Positions 13,334-23,984 of a DNA stretch of 64,000 nt are shown here, in pieces. Made by a program: the position numbers and the translations under genes. The notes under the pieces were generated by a model. The model had not been told where the DNA came from and did not search any database. It was given only the letters and a program-made list of their open reading frames with translations. The stretch covers positions 640,001 to 704,000 of the forward strand of contig CAVSTP010000003.1 of assembly GCA_963730935.1 (NCBI GenBank), read 5' to 3'. Source of the stretch: an uncultured Nitrospiraceae bacterium. GTDB lineage: Bacteria > Nitrospirota > Nitrospiria > Nitrospirales > Nitrospiraceae. The number at the start of each line of letters is the position of its first letter. Positions within the stretch are counted from its first letter, which is position 1.

Positions 13334-15808
13334 ATGACACAGGAACAGCTCCAACACTTGCTGCAGCAATACGGCGTGGGGCCCATCCAATTTTCCGGCA
13401 ATCACGACGCCCTGTATGAACGGCATTTGACCTTCGATAACGTCGTTGATCTCAAGAGCGCGACCATGCGGGAACGGTTTGAAGCGGCGGCGCATGCCAT
13501 CCGCGACATCGTGTCGCAACGCTGGCTGCTGACGGAGAAAACGTATGCCGAGAAGAATCCGAAGCGGGTCTATTACCTGTCGATGGAATATCTCCTGGGG
13601 AGGTCGTTTGCCAACAACATGACGAATGCGCTACTCCGCCCATTGGCAGCCGAACGTCAAAAACACCTAGGTCTAGATCCATTTGCATTGATCGAAAGTG
13701 AGCCGGATGCCGGACTGGGCAACGGCGGCCTTGGCAGATTGGCCGCCTGTTTCATCGATTCGATGGCGACGATGGAGATTCCAGGCATGGGGTACGGCCT
13801 GCGCTATGAGTACGGGATTTTCAAGCAAACGATCCAGGACGGGTGGCAACGGGAGCAGCCGGATAACTGGCTTCGGAGACCGGATCCTTGGGAGGTCGTG
13901 CGGCCGGATGATGCGGTCGAGGTGAAACTGAATTGTACGTTCGAACTTCGGGAAGGCATGCTGCGTCCCATCGTCGGTCGGCCTTCGGTTCTCCTCGGCA
14001 TCCCGTTCGATCGTCCGGTCATCGGTTACGGGGGCAAAACCATCAATACGCTGCGGCTCTGGGCGGCGAGCACTCCGGATTTTTTTGATTTTCAGCTGTT
14101 CAGTCGAGGGCATTTCGTGGGGGCGTTCGCAGAGATGCTTGCTGCGGAATCACTCACGCGCGTGCTCTACCCCGATGACTCGACAATCAGGGGGCAAGGT
14201 TTGCGATTTTTGCAAGAGTATTTTTTGGTGGCCTGTTCGCTGGGCGATCTGGTTCGGCGCTTTCGTCGTGGCAATCAAGATTGGAATGCTCTTCCGGAAA
14301 AAGCCGCCATCCAGTTGAATGACACCCATCCCACCATGGCCGTTCCCGAACTCATGCGTATCCTGCTCGATGAGGCCCATCTGGGATGGGATCAGGCCTG
14401 GGATCTCACACAACGGACGCTTGCCTATACGAACCATACCCTGTTGCCGGAGGCGTTGGAGACATGGCCGCTCGAATGGTTCGACGATATGCTGCCGCGG
14501 CATCTTGAAATTATTCTCGAGATCAACCGCCGCCTGCTGGAGGTGGTTCGAAACCGTTTTCCCGGAGACGACGGACGGCTAGCACGCGTCAGCCTTGTCG
14601 AGGAAGGGCAGCGGCGCAAGATCCGTATGGCCAACCTGGCGATTGTCGGGTCGCACAGCACCAACGGTGTGGCCGCCATCCATTCCAAGCTGCTCCGGAC
14701 GATGACCGTCAAGGACCTGGCCGACCTCTATCCCGAGCGGTTCAACAACAAGACCAACGGCGTTACCCCGCGGCGATGGCTGCTCCTGGCGAATCCGGCC
14801 CTCTCATCTGTGATTACCGAGGCCATCGGCGACGGATGGATTACCGATCTGAGCAAGCTTGCGCAGCTCAAGAAATTGGCCGACGATCCTCAATATCAAG
14901 AGGCGTTCCGCAAAGCAAAACGTGAAGCGAAGACGGCCTTTGCCCAGTGGCTTAAGACGACGTCCGGTCAATCCGTCGATCCGGACAGCATGTTCGATTG
15001 CCAAGTCAAACGCATTCACGAATACAAGCGGCAGCTGTTGAACGCGCTGCGCATCGTCGTGCTGTACAACCGCCTCCGTGAGAACCCCAACATGAGGATG
15101 GCCCCTCGAACGTTCTTTTTTGCCGGCAAAGCCGCGCCGGCCTATCACCTGGCCAAGGTCATCATCAAGTTCGTGAGCAATCTCGCCGGCACCATCGACG
15201 GGGATCCGAACGCTCGGGGAAAGATCAAAGTGGTATTCCTGCCCGAGTATTGCGTTTCGCTCGCCGAGCGGTTGATTCCCGCCACCGATGTCTCCAATCA
15301 GATTTCGACGGCCGGGTATGAGGCCAGCGGCACGAGCAATATGAAGTTCATGATGAATGGCGCGTTGACCTTGGGGACGCGAGACGGCGCTACGATCGAA
15401 ATGGCGGAGGAAGCGGGGGAGGATAACTTCTTTCTCTTCGGCCTCACGGCGGACCAAGTGGCGGGGAGCCGAGGTTGGTACGACCCATGGTGGCACTATG
15501 AACATGAGCCGCAAACGAGAGCGGCGCTCGATCTGATCTTCTCCAACTACTTCAGCCGGAATGAACCGGGAGCCTTTGCGCCGCTGGAACATGCGTTGCT
15601 GACGGGCGGGGATCATTACATGCATTTGGCCGACTTGACGTCCTACGTGAACGCCGACCGCGACGTCACCGATCTGTACGCCGACGCGAACGGTTGGGCG
15701 CGCAAGGCGATCTTGAACATTGCGGCCTCAGGGAAGTTCTCCAGCGATCGGACGATCGCCGAATATGCCGCGGGGATTTGGAATGTAAAGCCCTGTCCCG
15801 TTTCCTGA
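13334..15808 (+). CDS. glgP: Glycogen/starch phosphorylase
   Basis: GLGNGGLGRLAACF, IQLNDTHP, VKRIHEYKRQ, PLP site EASGTSNMKFMMNG. Confidence 0.96.
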   Translation: MTQEQLQHLLQQYGVGPIQFSGNHDALYERHLTFDNVVDLKSATMRERFEAAAHAIRDIVSQRWLLTEKTYAEKNPKRVYYLSMEYLLGRSFANNMTNALLRPLAAERQKHLGLDPFALIESEPDAGLGNGGLGRLAACFIDSMATMEIPGMGYGLRYEYGIFKQTIQDGWQREQPDNWLRRPDPWEVVRPDDAVEVKLNCTFELREGMLRPIVGRPSVLLGIPFDRPVIGYGGKTINTLRLWAASTPDFFDFQLFSRGHFVGAFAEMLAAESLTRVLYPDDSTIRGQGLRFLQEYFLVACSLGDLVRRFRRGNQDWNALPEKAAIQLNDTHPTMAVPELMRILLDEAHLGWDQAWDLTQRTLAYTNHTLLPEALETWPLEWFDDMLPRHLEIILEINRRLLEVVRNRFPGDDGRLARVSLVEEGQRRKIRMANLAIVGSHSTNGVAAIHSKLLRTMTVKDLADLYPERFNNKTNGVTPRRWLLLANPALSSVITEAIGDGWITDLSKLAQLKKLADDPQYQEAFRKAKREAKTAFAQWLKTTSGQSVDPDSMFDCQVKRIHEYKRQLLNALRIVVLYNRLRENPNMRMAPRTFFFAGKAAPAYHLAKVIIKFVSNLAGTIDGDPNARGKIKVVFLPEYCVSLAERLIPATDVSNQISTAGYEASGTSNMKFMMNGALTLGTRDGATIEMAEEAGEDNFFLFGLTADQVAGSRGWYDPWWHYEHEPQTRAALDLIFSNYFSRNEPGAFAPLEHALLTGGDHYMHLADLTSYVNADRDVTDLYADANGWARKAILNIAASGKFSSDRTIAEYAAGIWNVKPCPVS

Positions 15809-15837
15809 CAAGCGCGTGCACCGAACAGGTAGGTGTC

Positions 15838-16449
15838 ATGAACGAACATCTTCCCATCGTCTATCTCGCGAGGCACGGTGAAACGGCATGGACGATTTCG
15901 GGGCAGCACACAGGGCTGACCGATCTGCCGTTGACCGAACGCGGTGAGCGCACAGCCCGCAGACTAGGCGAACGGCTCAAAGGGTTGACGTTTGACTTAG
16001 TATTGACCAGTCCCCTGCAGCGGGCGGCCAGGACCTGCGAGCTTGCCGGCTTCAAGTCGGCGGCTGAAGTCGATAAAGACCTGGTGGAATGGGACTATGG
16101 TCAATATGAGGGACGCCGGACGGCCGACATTCTCGCGGAACGCCCGGGCTGGGAGTTGTTCCGCGACGGCTGTCCCGGAGGAGAGTCACCTCAACAAGTC
16201 AGCGTACGGGCCGACCGGGTGGTGAAGCGAGTGCGTGAGGTGGACGGAGACGTTCTCATCTTCACGAGCGGACATGTCATGCGAGTGCTCGCGGTGCGCT
16301 GGCTGGGGCTTGAGCCCTCGGTCAACTGCAAGTTCTTCATGCTGAGCACGGCGAGCCTGAGCGCCTTGGGGTATGAACACAATCGGTCCCGGCCGGTGAT
16401 ACGACTCTGGAACGAAACTCGTCACGTCGAGATGGGGCAGAACGATTGA
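15838..16449 (+). CDS. Histidine phosphatase (phosphoglycerate mutase family)
   Basis: RHGETAW, SPLQRA, EWDYGQYEG motifs; ATG at 15838. Confidence 0.88.
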   Translation: MNEHLPIVYLARHGETAWTISGQHTGLTDLPLTERGERTARRLGERLKGLTFDLVLTSPLQRAARTCELAGFKSAAEVDKDLVEWDYGQYEGRRTADILAERPGWELFRDGCPGGESPQQVSVRADRVVKRVREVDGDVLIFTSGHVMRVLAVRWLGLEPSVNCKFFMLSTASLSALGYEHNRSRPVIRLWNETRHVEMGQND

Positions 16450-16477
16450 ACGATCATAGCGAAAAGGGACGGCAATC

Positions 16478-18154
16478 ATGACCACGACCGCACGCAGCGC
16501 TCGCCCGAAGCTCAAGCGAATGACATTTCTCCCACGGCGGAAAGCCTGGAAGGCGCTGCAAGCTCATTATAAGGCTATGCAGGAGGTGCATCTGCGCACG
16601 TTGTTTGCGGAGGATGCTCAGCGAGGCACACGCTTGACCGCTGAAGCCGCAGGACTGTTTCTGGATTATTCCAAGAACCGGGTGACAGACGAGACCATCC
16701 GGCTGCTCGTACAGCTGGCCGAGGAGTCCGGGCTGCGCGACCGCATCGAGGCCATGTTCAGAGGCGACAAAATCAATGTGACGGAACATCGAGCGGTCCT
16801 GCATGTCGCCTTACGCGCACCGCGTGAAGCGTCAATTATGGTCGATGGTGAGAATGTGGTGCCCAAAGTCCATGCGGTGCTGGATCAAATGACCGTCTTT
16901 GCGAACCGTGTGCGGAGCGGCGATTGGAAGGGCCATACGGGCAAGCGGATCAAGAACGTCGTGAATATCGGCATCGGCGGATCGGACCTGGGACCGGTCA
17001 TGGCTTATGAGGCGCTCAAGTACTACAGCGAGCGGTCCATGACGTTCCGGTTCGTTTCAAATGTCGACGGGACCGATTTCACAGAAGCCGTCCGTGATCT
17101 CCAGCCCGATGAGACCTTGTTCATCGTGTCCTCAAAAACGTTCACGACGCTCGAAACCATGACCAACGCCAACAGCGCGCGCGAGTGGTCGCTCGCGGGC
17201 CTGGGCGGCGAACCGGCCGCAGTGGCGAAGCATTTTGTTGCGGTCTCCACGAATGCGGCGGAAGTCGGAAAGTTCGGCATCGACACCGCGAACATGTTTC
17301 CATTCTGGGATTGGGTGGGCGGCCGCTACTCGATGTTCTCGGCGATCGGACTCTCGACGATGCTGGCGATCGGTCCCGAGCAGTTCCGCGCCATGCTCAA
17401 TGGCGCTCATCAGATCGACGAGCATTTCCGCACCGCGTCCTTGGCAGAGAATCTCCCGGTACTCATGGGATTGCTCACGGTCTGGTACGTCAATTTCTTG
17501 GGGGCTGAGACCGTCGGGGTATTGCCCTATGAGCAGTATTTGAAACGATTCCCCGCCTATCTGCAGCAATTAACGATGGAGAGCAACGGCAAACACGTCA
17601 CCATCGACGGCAAGGGGGTGTCCTACGACACCGGCCCCGTGTTTTGGGGAGAGCCTGGGACCAACGGGCAACATTCGTTTTATCAGCTCATCCATCAGGG
17701 CACGAGGCTGATTCCTTGCGACTTCATCGCCTTTCACCGGTCGCTCAATCCGCTCGGCCGACACCACGAGTTGTTGGTGGCCAATGTCTTCGCGCAAACC
17801 GAGGCGCTGGCATTCGGCAAGACGGCCGAGGAGGTAAGAGCGGAGGGGACGCCGGAGTGGCTCGTGCCGCACCGGGTGTTCGAGGGAAACCGTCCCTCCA
17901 ATACGCTGTTCGCCGAGAGGTTGACGCCCGAGATGCTCGGCAAACTGGTCGCGCTGTACGAACACTCCGTGTTCACGCAAGGCATCATTTGGACCATCGA
18001 CTCATTCGACCAGTGGGGGGTCGAGCTGGGCAAGGTGTTGGCTCAACGCATCATTCCGGAGCTCGAAAGTCAGGAAGAGCCTGCGCTCAAACACGATAGT
18101 TCAACGAATCATCTGATTGGACGCCACCGTGCAAGGGCCCGCTCCAAGACGTAG
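16478..18154 (+). CDS. pgi: Glucose-6-phosphate isomerase
   Basis: [49 protein letters not shown]. Confidence 0.96.
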   Translation: MTTTARSARPKLKRMTFLPRRKAWKALQAHYKAMQEVHLRTLFAEDAQRGTRLTAEAAGLFLDYSKNRVTDETIRLLVQLAEESGLRDRIEAMFRGDKINVTEHRAVLHVALRAPREASIMVDGENVVPKVHAVLDQMTVFANRVRSGDWKGHTGKRIKNVVNIGIGGSDLGPVMAYEALKYYSERSMTFRFVSNVDGTDFTEAVRDLQPDETLFIVSSKTFTTLETMTNANSAREWSLAGLGGEPAAVAKHFVAVSTNAAEVGKFGIDTANMFPFWDWVGGRYSMFSAIGLSTMLAIGPEQFRAMLNGAHQIDEHFRTASLAENLPVLMGLLTVWYVNFLGAETVGVLPYEQYLKRFPAYLQQLTMESNGKHVTIDGKGVSYDTGPVFWGEPGTNGQHSFYQLIHQGTRLIPCDFIAFHRSLNPLGRHHELLVANVFAQTEALAFGKTAEEVRAEGTPEWLVPHRVFEGNRPSNTLFAERLTPEMLGKLVALYEHSVFTQGIIWTIDSFDQWGVELGKVLAQRIIPELESQEEPALKHDSSTNHLIGRHRARARSKT

Positions 18155-18170
18155 CTGAGTCTCGTCAAGC

Positions 18171-20294
18171 ATGAATGACAGACCACGCACTCTGCGCAGC
18201 GATTCTCCCGCTCGTTCAGAACGATCAGCCCTGTGGTCTCAAGGCGCGAGTGCCCCTCTCGGCGCGACCGTCACGGAAGGCGGTGTCAATTTCAGCATCT
18301 CCTCACGCGACGCCACCCACCTCGAACTGCTCTTCTTCGATCAGGCGGATGACCCGAAGCCATCGCAGATCTTCGAACTGGATCCGCGCGGGCACCGCAC
18401 GTATCACTACTGGCATGTCTTCGTGCCGGGCGTTTGCCCAGGACAACTCTACGGCTTCCGCGCTCACGGTCCCTTCGATCCCGCGCGGGGAATGCGTTTT
18501 GATCCTACTAAAGTGCTGCTCGATCCCTATGGTCGCGGTGTCGTCGTTCCGGAACAATACAGCCGTATCGCTGCCGGTCAGGATGGCGACAATGCTGCGA
18601 CAGCGATGAAGAGTGTGGTGGTGGATCCGTCCGCATATGATTGGGAGAATGAGCTGCCGCTCAGGCATCCTGACGCTCGGACCATCATCTACGAGATGCA
18701 CGTGCGCGGCTTTACGCGGCACCCAAGGTCGGGAGTCGCCGAACACGAGCGCGGCACCTATGCCGGCCTGATCGAAAAGATTCCCTATCTGCAGGAGTTG
18801 AGCATCACGGCCGTCGAGCTGCTGCCGATATTCCAGTTCGACGCTCAGGACTCCCCGCCGGGCAAAGTCAATTATTGGGGTTACGCACCGGTGTCCTTCT
18901 TTGCGCCCCATCAGGCCTATAGCTCTCGTCGAGAGCCTCTCGGGGCGGTCAACGAATTTCGCGACATGGTCAAAGCGCTCCATCGAGCCGGCATCGAGGT
19001 CATTCTCGATGTCGTCTTCAATCACACGGCCGAAGGAGACGAATGCGGGCCAACCCTCAGTTTCCGCGGCCTGGACAACAATGCGTACTACATCCTCGAG
19101 GAGGACCGATCGCATTACGCCAATTACACGGGCACCGGCAACACGCTGAATGCGAACCATCCCGTGGTCCGCCGCATGATCGTGGACAGTCTGCGTTATT
19201 GGGTGCAGGAGATGCACGTGGATGGATTCCGGTTCGATCTCGCGTCGATCCTGACGCGTGATGAGAACGGTCAGGTGATGCCAAGTCCACCGGTCTTGTG
19301 GGATATCGAATCAGACCCGTCGCTCGCCGGCACGAAACTGATTGCGGAAGCCTGGGATGCCGCCGGCCTCTACCAGGTCGGCAGTTTCATCGGAGATTGC
19401 TGGAAGGAATGGAACGGGCGCTTCCGGGACGACGTCCGCAGTTTCTTCCGCGGCGAAGAGGGATCGTTGGGCCGGTTTGCCGATCGCTTGGTCGGCAGCC
19501 CGGAAATTTACGCGCACAAGCAGCGCGAGCCGGAGCAAAGCGTAAACTTCGTGACCTGTCACGACGGCTTCACGATGAACGACCTGGTCTCCTACAACGG
19601 AAAGCACAACGAGGCGAACGGTGAAGGCAACCGCGACGGCGCCGACGACAACCGGAGCTGGAATTGCGGCGTTGAAGGGCCGACCGATGATGCGGCCATC
19701 GAAGAGCTCCGAAACCGCCAGGTAAAGAATTTCCTCACTGTCACGCTGCTCTCGATCGGCGTCCCGATGATTCTGATGGGCGATGAGGTGCGAAGGACGC
19801 AGCATGGCAACAACAATGCCTACTGCCACGATAACGAGCTCAACTGGTTCGATTGGACCCTGGTGGCCAAACATGCCGATGTCCATCGGTTTGTGACACT
19901 GCTCAACCAACGACGGATTTTGCGGCCTGTCGAGCACGAACGCCAACGGATGACTCTCGCTCAGCTCATCCAGCAGGCCAATAAATCGTGGCATGGAGTG
20001 AAAGTTGGGCAGCCTGACTGGAGTCCGACTTCTCACAGCGTGGCGCTGAACGCGGAGATCAAACACGAAGGATTTGTAGGGTATTTTATCTTCAACGCTT
20101 ACTGGGAACATCTGGAATTCGAGCTGCCGATGCCCCCTGGCAGCCCATGGCGCCGGTGGATTGATACCGCGCTCGACTCGCCGATGGATATTGTTCCGTG
20201 GCGGACCCTGGTTCCCGTTACCGGTCTTGCCTATCAGGTCCAACCGCGGTCGGTGGTCGTATTGGTTGCCGACCTCACGGGCACTTCAAGATGA
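18171..20294 (+). CDS. glgX: Glycogen debranching enzyme (isoamylase)
   Basis: NYWGY, DVVFNHTAEG, DGFRFDLA, IAEAWD, NFVTCHDGFT, GNNNAYC. Confidence 0.94.
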   Translation: MNDRPRTLRSDSPARSERSALWSQGASAPLGATVTEGGVNFSISSRDATHLELLFFDQADDPKPSQIFELDPRGHRTYHYWHVFVPGVCPGQLYGFRAHGPFDPARGMRFDPTKVLLDPYGRGVVVPEQYSRIAAGQDGDNAATAMKSVVVDPSAYDWENELPLRHPDARTIIYEMHVRGFTRHPRSGVAEHERGTYAGLIEKIPYLQELSITAVELLPIFQFDAQDSPPGKVNYWGYAPVSFFAPHQAYSSRREPLGAVNEFRDMVKALHRAGIEVILDVVFNHTAEGDECGPTLSFRGLDNNAYYILEEDRSHYANYTGTGNTLNANHPVVRRMIVDSLRYWVQEMHVDGFRFDLASILTRDENGQVMPSPPVLWDIESDPSLAGTKLIAEAWDAAGLYQVGSFIGDCWKEWNGRFRDDVRSFFRGEEGSLGRFADRLVGSPEIYAHKQREPEQSVNFVTCHDGFTMNDLVSYNGKHNEANGEGNRDGADDNRSWNCGVEGPTDDAAIEELRNRQVKNFLTVTLLSIGVPMILMGDEVRRTQHGNNNAYCHDNELNWFDWTLVAKHADVHRFVTLLNQRRILRPVEHERQRMTLAQLIQQANKSWHGVKVGQPDWSPTSHSVALNAEIKHEGFVGYFIFNAYWEHLEFELPMPPGSPWRRWIDTALDSPMDIVPWRTLVPVTGLAYQVQPRSVVVLVADLTGTSR

Positions 20295-20324
20295 ATATTC
20301 GTAGTGTTTTGAGAGGAGTGAGCT

Positions 20325-21140
20325 ATGGCAAAAGACGGTAAGGGAGACGGCAACGGCAATTCCAAACTCAAGCGCAAGGAATACGAGAAGGAGCTGCGCC
20401 GGCTGCAGGCCGAATTGTGCCACCTTCAGGCCTGGGTAAAGCACAAGGGGCTTCGAATCATTATCCTGTTCGAAGGCCGCGATGGCGCTGGGAAAGGGGG
20501 GACCATTCGCGCCATTACCGAGCGTGTCAGTCCCCGTGTGTTCCGCGTGGTGGCGTTGCCTGCCCCCTCCGATCGCGAAAAGACGCAGATGTACTTACAA
20601 CGCTACATGACGCACTTCCCGGCGGCGGGTGAGATCGTGATTTTTGACCGGAGCTGGTACAACCGGGCAGGAGTCGAACATGTCATGGGCTTTTGCACCA
20701 AGGAGCAGTACAAAGCCTTTCTCGAACATGCGCCGACGGTCGAGGGCTACATCACCAAGGCAGGCATCCGACTGGTCAAGTACTGGCTCGAGGTCAGCAA
20801 TGACGAGCAAGAACGGCGCTTCCAGGCTCGCCTCGATGACCCGTTACGCCAGTGGAAACTCAGTCCGATAGATCTTCCTTCGCGGGAGAAATGGTACGAG
20901 TACTCGCGCGCACGCGACCGGATGCTGGAGGCCACGGACTCGAAGCACGCACCCTGGCATCTCGTGCGGTCGGACAATAAGCGAAGGGCGCGATTGAATA
21001 TTATCAAACACTTCTTGAGTTCTATCCCCTACAAAAAGATGCCCTATAAGAAGGTCAAGCTGCCCAAGCGATCGCACAAGCATGAATATGACGACCAGGC
21101 GACGCTGAAGGGAAGGAAGTTCATTCCCGAGGTGTACTGA
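20325..21140 (+). CDS. ppk2: Polyphosphate kinase 2
   Basis: FEGRDGAGKGG (Walker A), FDRSWYNRAGVE, WKLSP.D. Confidence 0.94.
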   Translation: MAKDGKGDGNGNSKLKRKEYEKELRRLQAELCHLQAWVKHKGLRIIILFEGRDGAGKGGTIRAITERVSPRVFRVVALPAPSDREKTQMYLQRYMTHFPAAGEIVIFDRSWYNRAGVEHVMGFCTKEQYKAFLEHAPTVEGYITKAGIRLVKYWLEVSNDEQERRFQARLDDPLRQWKLSPIDLPSREKWYEYSRARDRMLEATDSKHAPWHLVRSDNKRRARLNIIKHFLSSIPYKKMPYKKVKLPKRSHKHEYDDQATLKGRKFIPEVY

Positions 21141-21150
21141 GGAGGCGCAC

Positions 21151-23958
21151 ATGCCTACACGAGCGACAGGAAGGGAGCAGGCCACGAAGGGGAAGCAGAC
21201 GTACCTGACCGTCGAGCATGAACGGTTGTCCACCGATGGACAGGCATGGAAACGCTGGGGCCCCTACCTGAGCGAGCGTCAGTGGGGAACGGTCCGGGAG
21301 GACTACAGCGAAGGCGGGGACGCCTGGAATTATTTTACCCACGACCACGCCCGCTCGCGCGCCTACCGCTGGGGCGAAGACGGCCTCGCCGGTTTGTCCG
21401 ACGAAGAGCAGCGACTGTGCTTTGCCCTGGCCCTCTGGAACGGCAGGGACCCCATTCTCAAGGAACGCCTCTTCGGCTTGACCAACAGCGAAGGCAACCA
21501 CGGAGAGGATGTCAAAGAATACTACTTCTACCTCGACAGCACGCCAACGCACTCCTACATGAAGTTTCTCTACAAGTATCCTCAGGCCGCCTATCCCTAT
21601 GATGAGCTGGTCCACACGAATAGGCAGCGGAGCCGGGAGATACCGGAATACGAATTGCTCGATACCGGGGTCTTCAACGACGACCGCTACTTCGACGTCT
21701 TCGTCGAATATGCGAAGGCTGGACCAGATGATGTTCTCATTCAGATCACGGCAGCGAACCGGGGGCCGGAGGCGGCTGATCTTCACATCTTCCCGACGTT
21801 GTGGTTCCGGAACAATTGGGCTTCTTGGCAATCCAGGCCTGTCGAGAAACCGTCATTGAAACAGGTGAAGGGACCCAGAGGGACCAAGATCGTAGCGGCC
21901 ACCCATCCAACTTTGGGCGAATACCTGCTGTACTGCGAGGGGGAAGCGCCGCTGCTCTTTACCGACAACGAAACCAACAACGAACGGCTCTTTCCTGAAT
22001 ATCCCAACGCCAGTCCCTATGTGAAAGACGGCATCAATAATTACGTCGTCCAAGGTCAACAGCATGCCATCAATCCCGACCAAACCGGCACGAAGGTCTC
22101 GGCGCACTACCGGTTCAAGATTGCCCCCGGCGGGACCGCGACGGCGAAACTGCGTTTGGTTCGGCAGAACGTGCCGGCGGCCAAAGGCGCCAATCCCACA
22201 AAGGCAGCAGAAAAAACGAAGGTGGCCTCCCCATTCGGCCAAGGCTTTAATGACATCATGCAAGATCGGTTGCGGGAAGCCGATGAGTTCTACCGCGCGG
22301 TGACCCCTCCTTCGGTCACGCCCGATGAGGCGAACGTCATGCGGCAGGCCTTGGCCGGCATGCTCTGGAGCAAGCAGTTCTACTATCTCGATGCCGATCA
22401 GTGGTTGGAAGAACATTTTGCGCATCCTCTTCACAGCGGAAGCCGAGAGTTTCGAAACCGCGAGTGGTTTCACATGGTCAACCGCGACATCATTTCGATG
22501 CCGGACAAATGGGAATATCCCTGGTATGCCGCCTGGGATTTGGCGTTTCATACGCTGCCGATTTCGATTGTGGATCCCGAGTTCGCGAAGCACCAGATGA
22601 AATTAATGTTTCACGGGTATTACCTCCATCCGAGCGGCCAGATTCCGGCCTATGAGTGGAACTTCAGCGACGTGAATCCGCCTGTGCACGCCTGGGCCAC
22701 CCTGTTTCTGCACCGGACCGAGCAGGCCCTGCGCGGCGAGGGGGACATTGATTTTCTCAAGTCGGCCTTCAACAAGCTCCTGCTCAACTTCACCTGGTGG
22801 GTGAATCGGAAAGATCGTTTCGGCAAGAACGTCTTCGAGGGCGGCTTTTTAGGTCTCGACAACATCGGTGTGTTCGACCGAAGCGCTCCCTTGCCGACGG
22901 GCGGTCACCTCGAACAGGCAGACGGCACCGCGTGGATGGCCTTGTTCAGTCAGAACATGCTCGAAATCGCGGTAGAAATTGCCCCTCATGACCGCACATA
23001 CGCCGACATGGTCGAAAAATTCGTCGAGCATTTTCTCTACATTGCTGCGGCCATGAATGGGTCCGGCTCCGACGGCATGTGGGACGAAGAAGATGGGTTT
23101 TACTACGATCTCCTGCGATTGCCCGATGGACACTCCACCAGACTGAAAGTCCGCTCCATGGTGGGTCTGCTGCCGCTTTGCGCGACCACCGTCGTTGAAG
23201 ACTGGCAGCGAGAGCGGGTGCCCGAGGTGGCCGCCACGCTTCAGCAGCGTATGGAACAGATGCCTGAACTCCTGACGTTCATCCACAAGACAGGGCGGGC
23301 GCACCGTGGAGTGGCCGACCGCGGCATTCTGGCGCTGGTCAATGAAGAGCGGTTACGTCGCATTCTCTCGAAGATGCTGGACGAGAACGAGTTTCTGAGC
23401 CCCTACGGCATTCGCTCGCTCTCCAAGTTTCATCAACAGCATCCGTTCGTATTTCATGTCGGGGGGCAGGTCTACCGAGTGGACTACCTTCCGGCCGAAT
23501 CCAACACGGGGATGTTCGGCGGCAACTCCAACTGGCGTGGGCCCGTTTGGATGCCAGTGAATGCCATGATCATCCGGGCGCTGCTGTCGTACTACCTCTA
23601 TTATGGTGACAACTTCAAAATCGAATGCCCCACTGGGTCCGGCCGGATGATGAACCTGTTCGAGGTCAGCAAGGAAATTGCCAACCGCCTTACGGGAATT
23701 TTTCTGCGGGACGCACAAGGCAAGCGTGCGGTGTACGGTGGAACGGAAACATTCCAGTCCGATCCGCATTGGCGCGATTATCTTCAGTTCTACGAGTACT
23801 TCCACGGGGACAACGGCGCCGGGCTGGGCGCCAACCATCAGACCGGCTGGACGGGTTTGGTCGCGAAGATGATCGAACTCTACGGCCGACTGGATCCACA
23901 AATGCTGCTCAAGGAAGGAAAACGCGGCGCGCATGCAGGAGGAAAAACGGGAAAGTGA
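21151..23958 (+). CDS. GH63-like/MGH1-like glycoside hydrolase, paralog of 1..2730
   Basis: Same motifs as the first gene; long identical peptide stretches. Confidence 0.85.
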   Translation: MPTRATGREQATKGKQTYLTVEHERLSTDGQAWKRWGPYLSERQWGTVREDYSEGGDAWNYFTHDHARSRAYRWGEDGLAGLSDEEQRLCFALALWNGRDPILKERLFGLTNSEGNHGEDVKEYYFYLDSTPTHSYMKFLYKYPQAAYPYDELVHTNRQRSREIPEYELLDTGVFNDDRYFDVFVEYAKAGPDDVLIQITAANRGPEAADLHIFPTLWFRNNWASWQSRPVEKPSLKQVKGPRGTKIVAATHPTLGEYLLYCEGEAPLLFTDNETNNERLFPEYPNASPYVKDGINNYVVQGQQHAINPDQTGTKVSAHYRFKIAPGGTATAKLRLVRQNVPAAKGANPTKAAEKTKVASPFGQGFNDIMQDRLREADEFYRAVTPPSVTPDEANVMRQALAGMLWSKQFYYLDADQWLEEHFAHPLHSGSREFRNREWFHMVNRDIISMPDKWEYPWYAAWDLAFHTLPISIVDPEFAKHQMKLMFHGYYLHPSGQIPAYEWNFSDVNPPVHAWATLFLHRTEQALRGEGDIDFLKSAFNKLLLNFTWWVNRKDRFGKNVFEGGFLGLDNIGVFDRSAPLPTGGHLEQADGTAWMALFSQNMLEIAVEIAPHDRTYADMVEKFVEHFLYIAAAMNGSGSDGMWDEEDGFYYDLLRLPDGHSTRLKVRSMVGLLPLCATTVVEDWQRERVPEVAATLQQRMEQMPELLTFIHKTGRAHRGVADRGILALVNEERLRRILSKMLDENEFLSPYGIRSLSKFHQQHPFVFHVGGQVYRVDYLPAESNTGMFGGNSNWRGPVWMPVNAMIIRALLSYYLYYGDNFKIECPTGSGRMMNLFEVSKEIANRLTGIFLRDAQGKRAVYGGTETFQSDPHWRDYLQFYEYFHGDNGAGLGANHQTGWTGLVAKMIELYGRLDPQMLLKEGKRGAHAGGKTGK

Positions 23959-23984
23959 AAGAGCGATCACGCCGACGAGGGTGG

